DNA of 64,000 nt. Source: Planctomycetota bacterium (lineage in GTDB: Bacteria > Planctomycetota > UBA8108 > SXIK01). The translations under genes were made by a program, and so were the position numbers. The stretch is taken from positions 5,408,001-5,472,000 of the forward strand of contig OZ244999.1 of assembly GCA_965223265.1 (NCBI GenBank). The letters are read 5' to 3'. The notes under the pieces are model-generated. The model was not told where the DNA came from and ran no database searches. It saw only the letters and a list, made by a program, of their open reading frames with translations. Positions 28,921 through 39,056 of this stretch are shown here, in pieces. Each line of letters opens with the position of its first letter. Position 1 is the stretch's first letter.

Positions 28921-29733
28921 TCACTTTCGTAGGCGACCGTGGGCGTCATACATGGCATCGTAGAGCGGTTGGGGCTGCTTCTCAACTCGGTCGCCGGCAG
29001 GGAGGGACGACGCCGGATCGGTCGGACGAGAGGCTTGGCCGGTGGCGTGGCCGTCAGCTGCCACATCGGGGCGCGCCGAGGCGCCCCACAGCCGAACACG
29101 CAGCTGCTTGTAAAACCCGCGCAGCTGCGTCCGGGCTTGCGACTCGACCCAGCGCGACACTTTCTCCGGCTCCTTCTCCCCACCCCCTAGAACCTGAACT
29201 TCAAGAGTCACGTCGCGCTGGTTCCAAAGAACAGAGCGGAAACTCATCTTCGGCTGTCGGTCGATTACCGTCTGCAGCTTCTCGATGCGCTGCTCACGCC
29301 GCACTGCCAATCGCAGAGGGTAGAGTTCGACCTCGGCTTGCCGCAGCGGACGAGACGCGGACGAGCCGCACCCCCACTGCGGCTTCGGAACGTACTTGAT
29401 CTTCAGCTTCGTACCGTTCGCGTCGTGGTAGTTGCGTACAAAGTAGTCGGCGACGTCACGATCGACTTCCGCCAACTCGGCTATTTCTGCATCCTGGCAC
29501 TGCAGAACAATCTCATATTCGCGGCGGTCAGCCAGGCGGCGCACGGAGGCTTCCGACACGCCATGGGCCGCGAAAGTCTCAGCCACTGCCGTCTTGAACT
29601 CGACCAAGCGCTGAAGGTTGGGATTCGACTCAACCGCGACTTTGGCCATGATCCCGAACGCACAGACGGAGAGCACTCCGATAATCACGATCAACAACCA
29701 GGAGCGCGAGTTCATCGGCCTCTTCAACCTCAA
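28921..29733 (-). CDS. membrane-anchored hypothetical protein
   Basis: 270-aa ORF with N-terminal hydrophobic helix; fits the minus-strand gene run. Confidence 0.7.
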   Translation of the reverse strand: MRLKRPMNSRSWLLIVIIGVLSVCAFGIMAKVAVESNPNLQRLVEFKTAVAETFAAHGVSEASVRRLADRREYEIVLQCQDAEIAELAEVDRDVADYFVRNYHDANGTKLKIKYVPKPQWGCGSSASRPLRQAEVELYPLRLAVRREQRIEKLQTVIDRQPKMSFRSVLWNQRDVTLEVQVLGGGEKEPEKVSRWVESQARTQLRGFYKQLRVRLWGASARPDVAADGHATGQASRPTDPASSLPAGDRVEKQPQPLYDAMYDAHGRLRK

Positions 29734-29763
29734 ATCTCAGCACTCTGTCGATCTCGAGTCTGC

Positions 29764-30282
29764 TCAGGGAGAAATCACAAAGCGCTGCAGTTTATCGAAG
29801 TCAACGATACGATCCCCAACGCCGACTTGATTGCGTTCAAACCATCCTTGGTTCACCTCCAGGGCGTACCGCAGCATCTGTGTCGACCGTGTCGTCCGTA
29901 ATTCATTAGGCTCCATGTCCTCGACCTGCTGGATAACACCTTCATCCGAGATAAACGCTATCGAAAGCGGGATGGTCGTGTTCTTCATCCAGAATGACAT
30001 GACGCGTCGACTTGGGTAGATGAACACCATCCCGTGATTCTCAGGTAGATGCGAACGGCGCATGAGTCCAAGCGCACGCGACCCTTCGTCACAGGCTACC
30101 TCGACGATGAGCCTTTTGTCCTTGACGTTGAGCTCGACGACATCGTGCGGTCGACCGGGTGGCAAGGGGCGTTCGCCGCAGCCGATCGACAGGAGCGCGA
30201 CCAGCGTGCCGCAGACCCAGCTGCATGGTTTTCTGCCCCGTATCCTTTCGATGGTTGAGCTGCTCGGAACGAACGAGTTCAT
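29764..30282 (-). CDS. DUF192 domain lipoprotein
   Basis: LSIGC lipobox; VEVA, GLM.R, GMVF, FWMKNT.IPLSIAFI, YALEVNQG. Confidence 0.9.
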   Translation of the reverse strand: MNSFVPSSSTIERIRGRKPCSWVCGTLVALLSIGCGERPLPPGRPHDVVELNVKDKRLIVEVACDEGSRALGLMRRSHLPENHGMVFIYPSRRVMSFWMKNTTIPLSIAFISDEGVIQQVEDMEPNELRTTRSTQMLRYALEVNQGWFERNQVGVGDRIVDFDKLQRFVISP

Positions 30283-30321
30283 CGTGATCGACACAGTCCT
30301 CCTTGCTGGGCCTCCGGTGAA

Positions 30322-30501
30322 CAGCCCGCCTGAAAAAGTCATTCGGCCGAGAAAACTGGCCTCTTCACGCCCAGACGGGCCGCGTCAATACTCGCCATCA
30401 GAATCGAAAGAAGAGGGCCCGAAGATTGCCTGCGTTTGCCGCGGCCGACCTGGACGCGAAGAGACCAGTTTACGGCTCGAAGCACTTTTTCAGGCAGGCT
30501 G
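30322..30501 (-). mobile_element. family A full copy (loop type 1)
   Basis: CAGCCCGCCTGAAAAA...TTTTTCAGGCAGGCTG; inverted relative to copies 585 and 18365. Confidence 0.9.
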
Positions 30502-30504
30502 TTA

Positions 30505-30763
30505 CCTCGAGTTTGGCCATTTCGCGCCGAGTCTGCCAGCGCCAGGAGCGCCGAGGCCAAGGAGCGACTCGGGCGCGATCCCGCTCGGGTCGTGGCGGAG
30601 GATGGGCGCAGGCATCGGCGCTCCTGGCGTTCCCAGAAGGGCCGGACAGGAGTTTTTGAACGGGCACAAGGGTTCTCAGGGTACAAAAAAGTTGAAAGGG
30701 CCTTTGAATCCCCGCGAAACTCGTCCGCCAGGCCGACGCGAAATGGCTTCCTTGAACTCGAGG
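30505..30763 (-). mobile_element. family B full copy abutting family A
   Basis: TTA-CCTCGAGTTTGGCC...AACTCGAGG-TTA; the right-hand TTA is the nadC stop codon. Confidence 0.9.
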
Positions 30764-31681
30764 TTACGCCCTCTCCGGCGCTGCAAACGACAGGTCAAGC
30801 CCGATATCCAATGACGGCGCCGAGTGCGTCAGCGCGCCGACGCTGATGCGATCGATGCCAGTAGCGGCAATACCCGCAAGCTGCTCAAAGCTCACGCCGC
30901 CCGAGGCTTCGAGAAGCGGAGCTCGACGCCCCGCCGCGTCGCGCGCAGCGACAGCTCGGCGAAGATCCGCGAGCGAGAAATTATCGAGCAGAATCGCATC
31001 GACGGCAAGGCCGAGCAGTGCGCAGGCATCTTCCACGGTATCGACTTCAACCTCGAGAAAACCGTCGCCGATCGCTTGGCGCAGTTGAGGCACCCAGGAG
31101 TCGAAACTCGTCAATCCTCGACGCCGAAGGACACCAAGGTGGTTGTCCTTGATCAACACACCGTCGGAAAGGTTGAGCCGGTGGTTCTGTCCGCCGCCGC
31201 AGCGCACGGCGTACTTCTCCAGGTAGCGCCAGCCGGGCGTCGTCTTGCGGGTATCGAGAAGCCGTGCCTTTGAACCCTCCAGCTGCTCCGCCCAGCGTCT
31301 GGTCATCGTCGCGATTCCGGAAAGACGCTGCACGAAGTTGAGCATTGTCCGCTCAAGGCGGAAGATCGTCGCCGCAGGTCCCCGCAGCACCGCGAGCGAC
31401 CGGGTCGGATCAATCGCGTCGCCGTCGGTGGCGCCCAGCTCCACGCGGACGTCCGGAGCGCGTGCGGCGAAAAGCAGCTGCACCAGAGGCAGGCCGCAGA
31501 CGACACCGGCAGAACGAGTGGCCACAACCGCCTCGACGAGCTCACTTGCCGTCGAGGCGAGCGGCGGTCGAAAGAGTGGGTCCGTGGTGGCGTCGCCGGC
31601 CGGTAAATCTTCAGCAAGCGCGAGGGCGATGAGCTCCTCAGCCTGGCGGCGCTCGAGCGCGCCAAATTCGATCTCAGTCAT
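30764..31681 (-). CDS. nadC: nicotinate-nucleotide pyrophosphorylase (QPRTase)
   Basis: ERTMLNF.QRLSGIAT, DTRKTTPG, HR.NLSD.VLIKDNH, EVEV, ILLDN, EASGG, SVGALTHS. Confidence 0.97.
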   Translation of the reverse strand: MTEIEFGALERRQAEELIALALAEDLPAGDATTDPLFRPPLASTASELVEAVVATRSAGVVCGLPLVQLLFAARAPDVRVELGATDGDAIDPTRSLAVLRGPAATIFRLERTMLNFVQRLSGIATMTRRWAEQLEGSKARLLDTRKTTPGWRYLEKYAVRCGGGQNHRLNLSDGVLIKDNHLGVLRRRGLTSFDSWVPQLRQAIGDGFLEVEVDTVEDACALLGLAVDAILLDNFSLADLRRAVAARDAAGRRAPLLEASGGVSFEQLAGIAATGIDRISVGALTHSAPSLDIGLDLSFAAPERA

Positions 31682-31864
31682 GTTCGCTTCCCCCGTCGCC
31701 GGCCACTCGAGCCCCCTTCAACGCTCCGGACCCGGCGCCCGTCGCTGCCGCGCAACAATCCGATAACGTTTTTCAGTAAATAGGCTTACGTACGGAGCCA
31801 GAAGAATACGTGGAATCTTAGCGCAAGCTCAGCTGAGATTTCACTTGCGATTTGAATCGGCGGA

Positions 31865-32077
31865 ATGCATTTCTTCGTGGTCAGCGCGAGCCAGCCGGTA
31901 CCCAGGTCCCGGCAGACAGCAGTACACGCTGCAGTCCAGCCGACTGCAGTACAATTGGAGTTGAGGCCCCTCGACGGGTCGCCGCTCGACTGGTTCAGGA
32001 CCGATAACGTTGTGCTTCGCGCCACATCTGATCGATACGAGGTCACGGGTCAAGAATTCCCTCGCCTGGAGCGATGA
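31865..32077 (+). CDS. possible small hypothetical protein
   Basis: 70-aa ATG ORF filling an intergenic gap; no recognisable motif. Confidence 0.3.
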   Translation: MHFFVVSASQPVPRSRQTAVHAAVQPTAVQLELRPLDGSPLDWFRTDNVVLRATSDRYEVTGQEFPRLER

Positions 32078-32159
32078 ATCAATTGACAGGTGTCGCGGCT
32101 CCTCGGGAGTCAGCGCCGCAACCGACGGGACATCGTAACGCTTTTTCTGGAATAGTCTT

Positions 32160-33569
32160 ATGATCAAGGTGACCGCTCAGACTGACAAAGTCTGTGTCGC
32201 CAAGGTCCACGAGGCCGACCAAGACCAGGTGTTCGATCACTGGGACTCGCTCCCCGGTGAGGAGCAGAAGGCGCTCCTCGCCCAGGTGCGCGACGTCGAC
32301 TTCCAGTTGCTCAAGCGACTGGTCCAGCAGCACCTGCACAACACCGAGCCCGACGACGAACGCGTGCTCAAGCCGGTGACGCCCGCACGCTTGCCAGAGC
32401 GACGGGTGGCGAAAGAAGAGTACGAACTCTGCCGCAGCTTGGGCGACTACTCGATCAAGAAGGGCGAGGTCGCCATCGTCACCGCATCGGGAATCGCTGG
32501 CAGCGGCACGACGGCGGAACCTGTTGGAATGTTGCCGGTCGGACCAGTCACCGGCAAGAGCGTCTTCCAGCTCCACGCCGAGAAGGTCCGCGCGCTCAAC
32601 AGGCGCCACAAAGTGTCGACTCGCTGGCACATCTTTTGTCACCCCGACCACCTCGATGCGACCGTCGAGTACTTCAAAGAGAATGGGCACTTTCGGCTGA
32701 ACTGCTCCGACATCCACTTCCACGCCCAGGAGCTCTGCCCGATCGTCAATCGGCGCGGCAAGCTGCTCCTGGAAGGGCCGGGCGAGATCGCTATGACGAC
32801 GCGCGGGCATGGGGACGTCCTGCGCCAGCTCATCGAGCCAGAGATGCTCAATGTGCTGCAAAAAGCCGGCGTCAAGTACGTCGAGTACTTTCAGTCGGAC
32901 AACCCGTTAGTGAAGGTGGGCGATTCACTGTTTCTCGGCTACCACATCAAGAACCAGTCCCAAGTCACCTCGAAGAGTGTCCGCAAGGTCGACCCGAGCG
33001 AAGCGGTCGGCGTGTTTTGCTACTTCAATGGCACCCTTGGGGTCGTCGAGAACAGCGAGCTACCGCCGGAGGATCGCGACCGTCGAAACGAGGATGGTGG
33101 CCTTGTTTTCTCTGCCGGAAACATAGCGAACCACATCTTCTCGATGGACTTTCTCGCCGAGCTCAGTCAGTCGGGATTCAAGCTCCCGTATCACAAGGTG
33201 CCTTCTCGAATACGTTACCTCACCAAGAGTGGACGCTTCGTGCGGCCCTCCGAGCCGACCATGATTCAGTTTCAGAGTTTCATGTGCGACGCGCTGCCGG
33301 AGGCGCGGCGGACGAACGTGATCGAAGTGGAACGCGAGGAAGAGTTTTCTCCGATCAAGAACACGGGGGGGAACGAATCACCGCAGACGGCGCAGCGAGA
33401 CTTGTCCCATCTCTACTCCCAATGGCTGAAACATGCGTGCAACGGCTTCGACAAGGAGATGGATTTCGGTCGGACGGTGGAAATCTCGCCGCTTTACGCC
33501 CTCGACGCAAACGAACTGAAAGAGAAGATCGAACTGCCGGTCGATACGACCAGCGACATCTTGCTTTAA
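32160..33569 (+). CDS. UDPGP type-1 family (UDP-GlcNAc pyrophosphorylase-like) protein with degenerate active-site loop
   Basis: GHG, Q.DNPLVKV.D..F.G.H, E.VGV, GNIANHIF, LPYH, REEEFSPIKN, VEISPL; nucleotide-binding loop altered. Confidence 0.85.
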   Translation: MIKVTAQTDKVCVAKVHEADQDQVFDHWDSLPGEEQKALLAQVRDVDFQLLKRLVQQHLHNTEPDDERVLKPVTPARLPERRVAKEEYELCRSLGDYSIKKGEVAIVTASGIAGSGTTAEPVGMLPVGPVTGKSVFQLHAEKVRALNRRHKVSTRWHIFCHPDHLDATVEYFKENGHFRLNCSDIHFHAQELCPIVNRRGKLLLEGPGEIAMTTRGHGDVLRQLIEPEMLNVLQKAGVKYVEYFQSDNPLVKVGDSLFLGYHIKNQSQVTSKSVRKVDPSEAVGVFCYFNGTLGVVENSELPPEDRDRRNEDGGLVFSAGNIANHIFSMDFLAELSQSGFKLPYHKVPSRIRYLTKSGRFVRPSEPTMIQFQSFMCDALPEARRTNVIEVEREEEFSPIKNTGGNESPQTAQRDLSHLYSQWLKHACNGFDKEMDFGRTVEISPLYALDANELKEKIELPVDTTSDILL

Positions 33570-33583
33570 CCTCGAGTTTGGCC
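33570..33583. mobile_element. isolated family B terminus at a stop codon
   Basis: TAA-CCTCGAGTTTGGCC directly after the stop at 33567-33569. Confidence 0.6.
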
Positions 33584-33693
33584 CCGCGACCGCCCCCAAG
33601 CGCAGGCAACTCCGGAACGCTGTCGCGTGAACGCGTTTTTTTCGGCCGTATGATTTCTTCCGGCAAGCTGGCAACGCACACACCGAGACATTC

Positions 33694-35592
33694 ATGGACG
33701 TCGACCCTCGCTCGCGTAGTTTTCCGCCCAACTGTCGAGCTGGACCGCGGGCACCGCTACCGCCTCGGCTCCAACCTCTTAACGGTAGCATCATCGCACT
33801 GGTGCTGTGCCTTTTCGTTCTCGGCGCGCAAATTCCAGCGTCAGCAGCAGGAGTACGCGACCGCGCAACGGTCGACGCGCTGGTTGAACGACTGAACACC
33901 GAGGATGAGTTCCGGCGTGCACGGACGGAGGCGGAGTTGCTCCGTCTGGGCACGCGCGCGCTGCCGGCTCTTGCCCAAAGTCTTCATCTCGCCGACCGCA
34001 AATCGAGATTCCGTGCCATCGCAGTCTTTTCGCATTTGATGAGAGAGCTCTTGACGGAGTACGGCACTGAACACGTAGCGCTGCTTTCAGACACGCGCCG
34101 CCAACTGCAGATCGAGAAACAAAAACGGAGCGTTGAAGCACAAGAAGAACTCAAGTCGAAGACGGCAGCGTTGTCGGCTGCAGACCCCGAGATCGAAGAT
34201 AAGCTAGCGTCGCTCTACCAGCTCGAGCAGTTGAAGCGGAGCGAGGAAGGACTTAAGCAGCAGCCGCCCGAAGTGGCGGAGTCGTATCGTGCGCGCATAG
34301 CGGATCTCGAGGACAAGTACGCTGCATGGAAGGAAGCAGACGCTGACTTTGAGGATAAAGTCCGTCCTCTGGTGGAGCTCTACGTCGCTGAAGTCGCTGG
34401 CCATTCACCTTTCACCGAGCTCGATGCGCTGCGACTGGAAGAGCTCAACGAGTCGATAGCCGACCGAACACCGAGGGTCGAAAGCCTGAAAGAGCAGATT
34501 CTTGACGTCGGCATCTCGGCGCTCAATGAGGCTTTGGCGCAGCGTCGTTTCGTTCCCGCGACCGAGCGAGCAGTCTTCGCACACCTCGTGGCCGAAGGCG
34601 TCACGCGATTCGGCGGAGCTCATTTGACGATCGGCGAAGAGTTCGAGGTCGTCCGCTACACGCACGCGCTGCTGTGGGCAGACGAGGTCGAACGAGGGCA
34701 ACCAGAGGCCGAGCAGGCGAAACGGTTACTGACCCGCCATCTCGACCTCGTGCTGCGCGATCTCGGCGACCACGATCCTGTGGTCGCTAAGCGCGCTGCG
34801 GACGAACTCTTTCTCCTTGGCGAGCATGGACTTGCTGCCCTCGATCGTTCGGTCGCTGCGAGTTCAGCGGACAACCAAGGCCAACGAAAGTTTCTGCGCG
34901 AGTTGCTCCATTGGCAGATTCCACCGTCGACGTACGACCGAGTTGGCATCGATTTCAGCAAATTCCACCAGCTCCCATTTCAGCAGCGACGAAGATTCGT
35001 CTTCGACTATGCACGCGTTGCCGGCCGCGAGGCGATCAGCACGTTACACAAGGTGATAGAGCGCGATGACAGCCTCATGATCAAGCTCGCCGCCGCAAAG
35101 GCGCTGGCCGGACTTCGTGACCTCTCGGGCTACAACTTCCTCGTCCGCAACTATCCCGAGATGACGCTCAAGAAACCGGAGGTGTCCCGCGAGCTTCTCA
35201 TCGCCCAAGCATATGAACACATACGAGAAAAGAAGTACGCGCTCGCGGTCGGAGAGTTGCGAAGAGTCCTCGACGAGGCGCCTTTCGACTTTCGGGCGAA
35301 CTATCACATCGCCTTCGCGTACCTCCTCCTCCATAGTTACGCAAAGTCGATCCACCACTTCGAGATCGCGCGTCGGATCAATCCTAAGGACCAATTGACG
35401 CTCTACAATCTAGCCTGTGCGTATGCTCTGGTGGATCAACACGACGCGGCGTTGGAAGCCCTAGAATCGTCAGTCGACGCAGGATTCTCGGACCATGACC
35501 ACATGGAGAAGGATCCCGATTTGGAGTCACTGCGTAGCGCCGAACGTTATCGTCGACTCATCGAAAAAATGAAACAGACTAGCGCGGAGTGA
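33694..35592 (+). CDS. exported HEAT/TPR-repeat protein
   Basis: Signal-like IIALVLCLFVLGA, HEAT helices, C-terminal TPR with YNLACAYAL..AGF..DPDLESLR end motif. Confidence 0.85.
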   Translation: MDVDPRSRSFPPNCRAGPRAPLPPRLQPLNGSIIALVLCLFVLGAQIPASAAGVRDRATVDALVERLNTEDEFRRARTEAELLRLGTRALPALAQSLHLADRKSRFRAIAVFSHLMRELLTEYGTEHVALLSDTRRQLQIEKQKRSVEAQEELKSKTAALSAADPEIEDKLASLYQLEQLKRSEEGLKQQPPEVAESYRARIADLEDKYAAWKEADADFEDKVRPLVELYVAEVAGHSPFTELDALRLEELNESIADRTPRVESLKEQILDVGISALNEALAQRRFVPATERAVFAHLVAEGVTRFGGAHLTIGEEFEVVRYTHALLWADEVERGQPEAEQAKRLLTRHLDLVLRDLGDHDPVVAKRAADELFLLGEHGLAALDRSVAASSADNQGQRKFLRELLHWQIPPSTYDRVGIDFSKFHQLPFQQRRRFVFDYARVAGREAISTLHKVIERDDSLMIKLAAAKALAGLRDLSGYNFLVRNYPEMTLKKPEVSRELLIAQAYEHIREKKYALAVGELRRVLDEAPFDFRANYHIAFAYLLLHSYAKSIHHFEIARRINPKDQLTLYNLACAYALVDQHDAALEALESSVDAGFSDHDHMEKDPDLESLRSAERYRRLIEKMKQTSAE

Positions 35593-35794
35593 CGGATTCG
35601 GCGTCAACTCCTCGTTTCCGGCTCGTGCGCGCAAGTTCCGGTGCGCCGTGCCACATGATCGCTTCCTGGGTGGATGGTATCTTTGGGAGCATCCATCACC
35701 GACACTGGCCCGGATTCTTCGCGCCTCGACGCTGCTGACGCGGCCGAGTCGCAACGATTAGGAGTGTCTTCCCGTCCCAGGACGAAATGCATTC

Positions 35795-38700
35795 ATGGTA
35801 ACTTCCGCGAACAAGGTGAACGAGCTCGCTGAACAGATCCTGACGGCGGCGCGACTGAAGCTGACGGGGACAATTCGGGTCAAGAGCACTGACGAGCAAC
35901 GAAAGCAGATCCTCGTGATCGGCGGTTACATCGCCGACGTCGATACCGGACGCGAACAAGGCGTCCTCGAAACAGCTCTCATCCGCACCGAAGGTTTCTC
36001 CCCCAAGGATCTCAAGCGCGCACAGAAAACTGCAGCGAAACAGAAGATCCCGATCGGCGTTGCACTCCTCGATACGGATCTAGTGCCTCAGGAGGTCGTG
36101 GCCGAGTTCGTCCAGCTACAGCTACTCGACGAAATCTGTGAGGTTTTCAGCTGGGACGTCGAGAGTTCAGACTGCCACCAGCACGCTGAAGGTGAACGGC
36201 TGGAAGATTTCCAGTCCGATCTTTCGGACTACCTCGATGTCTATTTGGACGGCGAAGAAGTTTTCCTTGAAGCAGCGCGCTGCCTGAGCGACTGGGAGCT
36301 GGTGACGCTGCACTTCGACGTCTTGCGAGACGTCTTTTATGCCACGCCTAGTAGCTTCCAGTACTTCAAGGCCCAGGATAGCTTTCCTGAGGAACACGCC
36401 ATTATCGGTGCCGTCGATGGCATAAAAGACATCGAAGAGGTCGTCATCGCTTCGGGCCTGGACCCGTTCCAGGCACTGAAAATCGTTCGACGGCTGATTG
36501 CGAGCACGGAACTCGAGCTCGTCAATCCAGTGCAGATGTATCAACTCGGTGTCGAGTCCGCCGCGGCTGACAATCACGAGAAGGCCTGCCGGCTCTTCGT
36601 GCGCGCGCACGAGAGAGGCCTCGATGACTTCGACCTTCAGCTGAAGATGGCGCAGACATTCGAGGCTCTCGGTCTGAAGAACGAGGCTGGGCAATGGTAT
36701 CGTCAGTTCGCCGAGAAGTGCCTCGATCAGTTGCGTACCGACGAAGCCGCGCGTGCCTTGAAGAAAGCGGTTCGTTTCGAACCCGACAACATGGATCTGA
36801 GGGAACAGTACCTCTCACTCGTGTTTCAAAACGGGAGCCGAGAGGAGGCCATCGATGAGTTGGTCGACCTCGCAGAACGGAAAGCTTCTCAAGGCCACTT
36901 CGATGCAGCGCTGTCTCTACTGGTCCACCACCAAGACGACGGCGAACAAGACGTCAAGTTACAGCAAAAGATCATCGAGCTGGCAGAGACGGCCGGCAGG
37001 CATGATATCGCGGCTCGCGAACGCGAGGCTCTCGCAAAGGGTCTCGAGCAACGCAAAGACGTCGAGTCCGCACTTGGCGTCTATCAGAGAATGTTTTGTG
37101 ACGGAGACGACTCCATCGACGTGCGTCTCAAGTTGATCGAGCTGCACCACAAGAGCGGCAACCGGAACAAAGCGCTAGATCACCTCCAGAACATTCTGAA
37201 CTTGCCTCCGAAGCAAGGTGTTCGTGACCCCGAGACTCTCCGGGGGCTCCACGAGACCATGCGCGAACTCCGCCCGGCGGATCGTGTGTCGAACCAATGG
37301 CTGGTCAAGTTCCACTCAGAGAACGGCGACGACGCTCAGGCCGCTAACGTCTTGACCGAGTGGATCGGCCAACTTGAGCGGGAGAGCGAGAGCGAAACAG
37401 ACGACCTCGAGAACGCCTATCAGCAGCTCATAGCACTCGACGATCGCACCGAGTTCCGTTGGGGTCTCGCCGCAACGCTCGAGCGTGCGGGAAAGCTTGC
37501 AGAGGCACAGCGCGAGCTTCGCAGCCTGGCGAACCTTTCGCTTCGCAAGCAGGACTACGAGCAAGCTATGAAAGCGCTCGACTACATTCTCAAGCGCGCG
37601 CCATTCGACATCGAAACGCGAAAAATGCAGGCGGAGCTCTACGAAGCACAAGGGGACCGCCCGCTGGCCGCAAAGAAGTGCAAGGAAATTGCATTCCTCG
37701 ACATCGTCTCCGGCAACGTTCAGGAAGCGGAGCAGTTCTGTCGCCAAGTGCTCGTGATCGAACCAACCGACGCCGAAATGGTCACCAAACTCGGTGAGCT
37801 GTGCGAAGACTCCGGTGACGTGCGCAAGGCTGAAGAACAATACCTCAAGGCTGGAAAGATCCACTTCAAGAACAAGAATTACGGTTTTTGCCACGCGGCC
37901 GTCGAACGCTTGCTGAAGCTCGATGCTGGACATGCGGAGGGCTTAGCGCTGCTCGAAGAAGTCACTGCGCAGCTCGAAGGCGCCGCGACGCGGAGCACAG
38001 TGGCTTCACCAGCCGCCGCGGTTCCTGCTGCGACGACGCCGGCGCCTACGGCGCCGCAAGGTCAGACCGCTGCACCAGCGGCAGCGGCGGCGTTGCAAGT
38101 TGCCGCTTCAGCACCAGCACCGGCGGCAGCATCGTCGACACCTCAAAAGGAGTTCTTTCAGCCTCCACCTCCTGTCGTCACAACGGTGTCGAAGAGTATG
38201 GCACGGCTTCGCCAGCTAAAGTCAAAGAGCACCCCACCGGCGGTCGAGCTTTCAGCAGGCGAGACCAGCTCAGAGGGCGCTCCCGCTCAGACCAGCGTTG
38301 GCGGCGGCGGACGAACGGCGACCGTCAGCGTCACGAACGTGGCGGCCAAGCTCATGGCGATGAAAGGGGGCCCCGCACCCGTCGCCATGAGCGCCCAAGA
38401 ATCACCTGACGACAATGGAGCGCCGCCAGAAGCGGAAGCGACAGGCTCAGCTCCCGCGGACCCTGCAGCGACGGCTCCCGATCCAGCACAAACAACACTT
38501 CCGCCCGCAGATCCCACGGCGTCGGCGCCAAAGACTGGCGGCAAATTGGCGTCGGCGAACGCTGCCCTGCATGCAGCGGCGTCTCGCCTCAAAGCACTCG
38601 CTGGGCGCAAGGGTGGTGGCGACGACGCGGATGGACCTGGCGTGACCGCCGACGCCACCGCGACGGGCACCAGCGCCGCGGCTGGTGACGCATCCGTCCG

Positions 38701-38929
38701 CGCACAGGAGAACACAGCGACGCCGTCTGACGAATCGCCGGCTCCAACGACGCCACAAGTCGCCGCCGATGCGGCCACCGACAGCGACCAGAACCTGAGC
38801 TACCCGGAAAAGACCGAACAGGTCAAACCTCTGAAGCTGGGAGGCGCGGCCAATCGACTGGCAGCACTGCGCCAGGCAAAGACTGTCACGGTCGACGAAG
38901 AGGACCTTGAGGTCGAGTCAACACGGTAG
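35795..38929 (+). CDS. DUF4388-like / multi-TPR protein with Ala/Pro/Thr-rich tail
   Basis: N-terminal TGTIRV..G.I, EICEVFSW; many TPRs; low-complexity C-terminus. Confidence 0.82.
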   Translation: MVTSANKVNELAEQILTAARLKLTGTIRVKSTDEQRKQILVIGGYIADVDTGREQGVLETALIRTEGFSPKDLKRAQKTAAKQKIPIGVALLDTDLVPQEVVAEFVQLQLLDEICEVFSWDVESSDCHQHAEGERLEDFQSDLSDYLDVYLDGEEVFLEAARCLSDWELVTLHFDVLRDVFYATPSSFQYFKAQDSFPEEHAIIGAVDGIKDIEEVVIASGLDPFQALKIVRRLIASTELELVNPVQMYQLGVESAAADNHEKACRLFVRAHERGLDDFDLQLKMAQTFEALGLKNEAGQWYRQFAEKCLDQLRTDEAARALKKAVRFEPDNMDLREQYLSLVFQNGSREEAIDELVDLAERKASQGHFDAALSLLVHHQDDGEQDVKLQQKIIELAETAGRHDIAAREREALAKGLEQRKDVESALGVYQRMFCDGDDSIDVRLKLIELHHKSGNRNKALDHLQNILNLPPKQGVRDPETLRGLHETMRELRPADRVSNQWLVKFHSENGDDAQAANVLTEWIGQLERESESETDDLENAYQQLIALDDRTEFRWGLAATLERAGKLAEAQRELRSLANLSLRKQDYEQAMKALDYILKRAPFDIETRKMQAELYEAQGDRPLAAKKCKEIAFLDIVSGNVQEAEQFCRQVLVIEPTDAEMVTKLGELCEDSGDVRKAEEQYLKAGKIHFKNKNYGFCHAAVERLLKLDAGHAEGLALLEEVTAQLEGAATRSTVASPAAAVPAATTPAPTAPQGQTAAPAAAAALQVAASAPAPAAASSTPQKEFFQPPPPVVTTVSKSMARLRQLKSKSTPPAVELSAGETSSEGAPAQTSVGGGGRTATVSVTNVAAKLMAMKGGPAPVAMSAQESPDDNGAPPEAEATGSAPADPAATAPDPAQTTLPPADPTASAPKTGGKLASANAALHAAASRLKALAGRKGGGDDADGPGVTADATATGTSAAAGDASVRAQENTATPSDESPAPTTPQVAADAATDSDQNLSYPEKTEQVKPLKLGGAANRLAALRQAKTVTVDEEDLEVESTR

Positions 38930-38972
38930 CCTGCGCGACGGGCGATCCCCTCTGGCGAGCCGGGCGCGAAAA

Positions 38973-39056
38973 TGGGCTAGAAGGGAGTCGAACCCTTACT
39001 CCCGTTACGGGAACGGGATTTTAAATCCCGCGCGTCTGCCATTCCGCCACTAGCCC
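38973..39056 (-). tRNA. tRNA-Leu (TAA)
   Basis: Reverse complement GGGCTAGTGGCGGAATGGCAGACGCGCGGGATTTAAAATCCCG..long variable arm..GGTTCGACTCCCTTCTAGCCCA; CCA not encoded. Confidence 0.95.

Noticed and set aside
32636-33895. 419-aa alternative-frame ORF
   Set aside because: Arg/Gly-rich off-frame translation overlapping the UAP-like gene.
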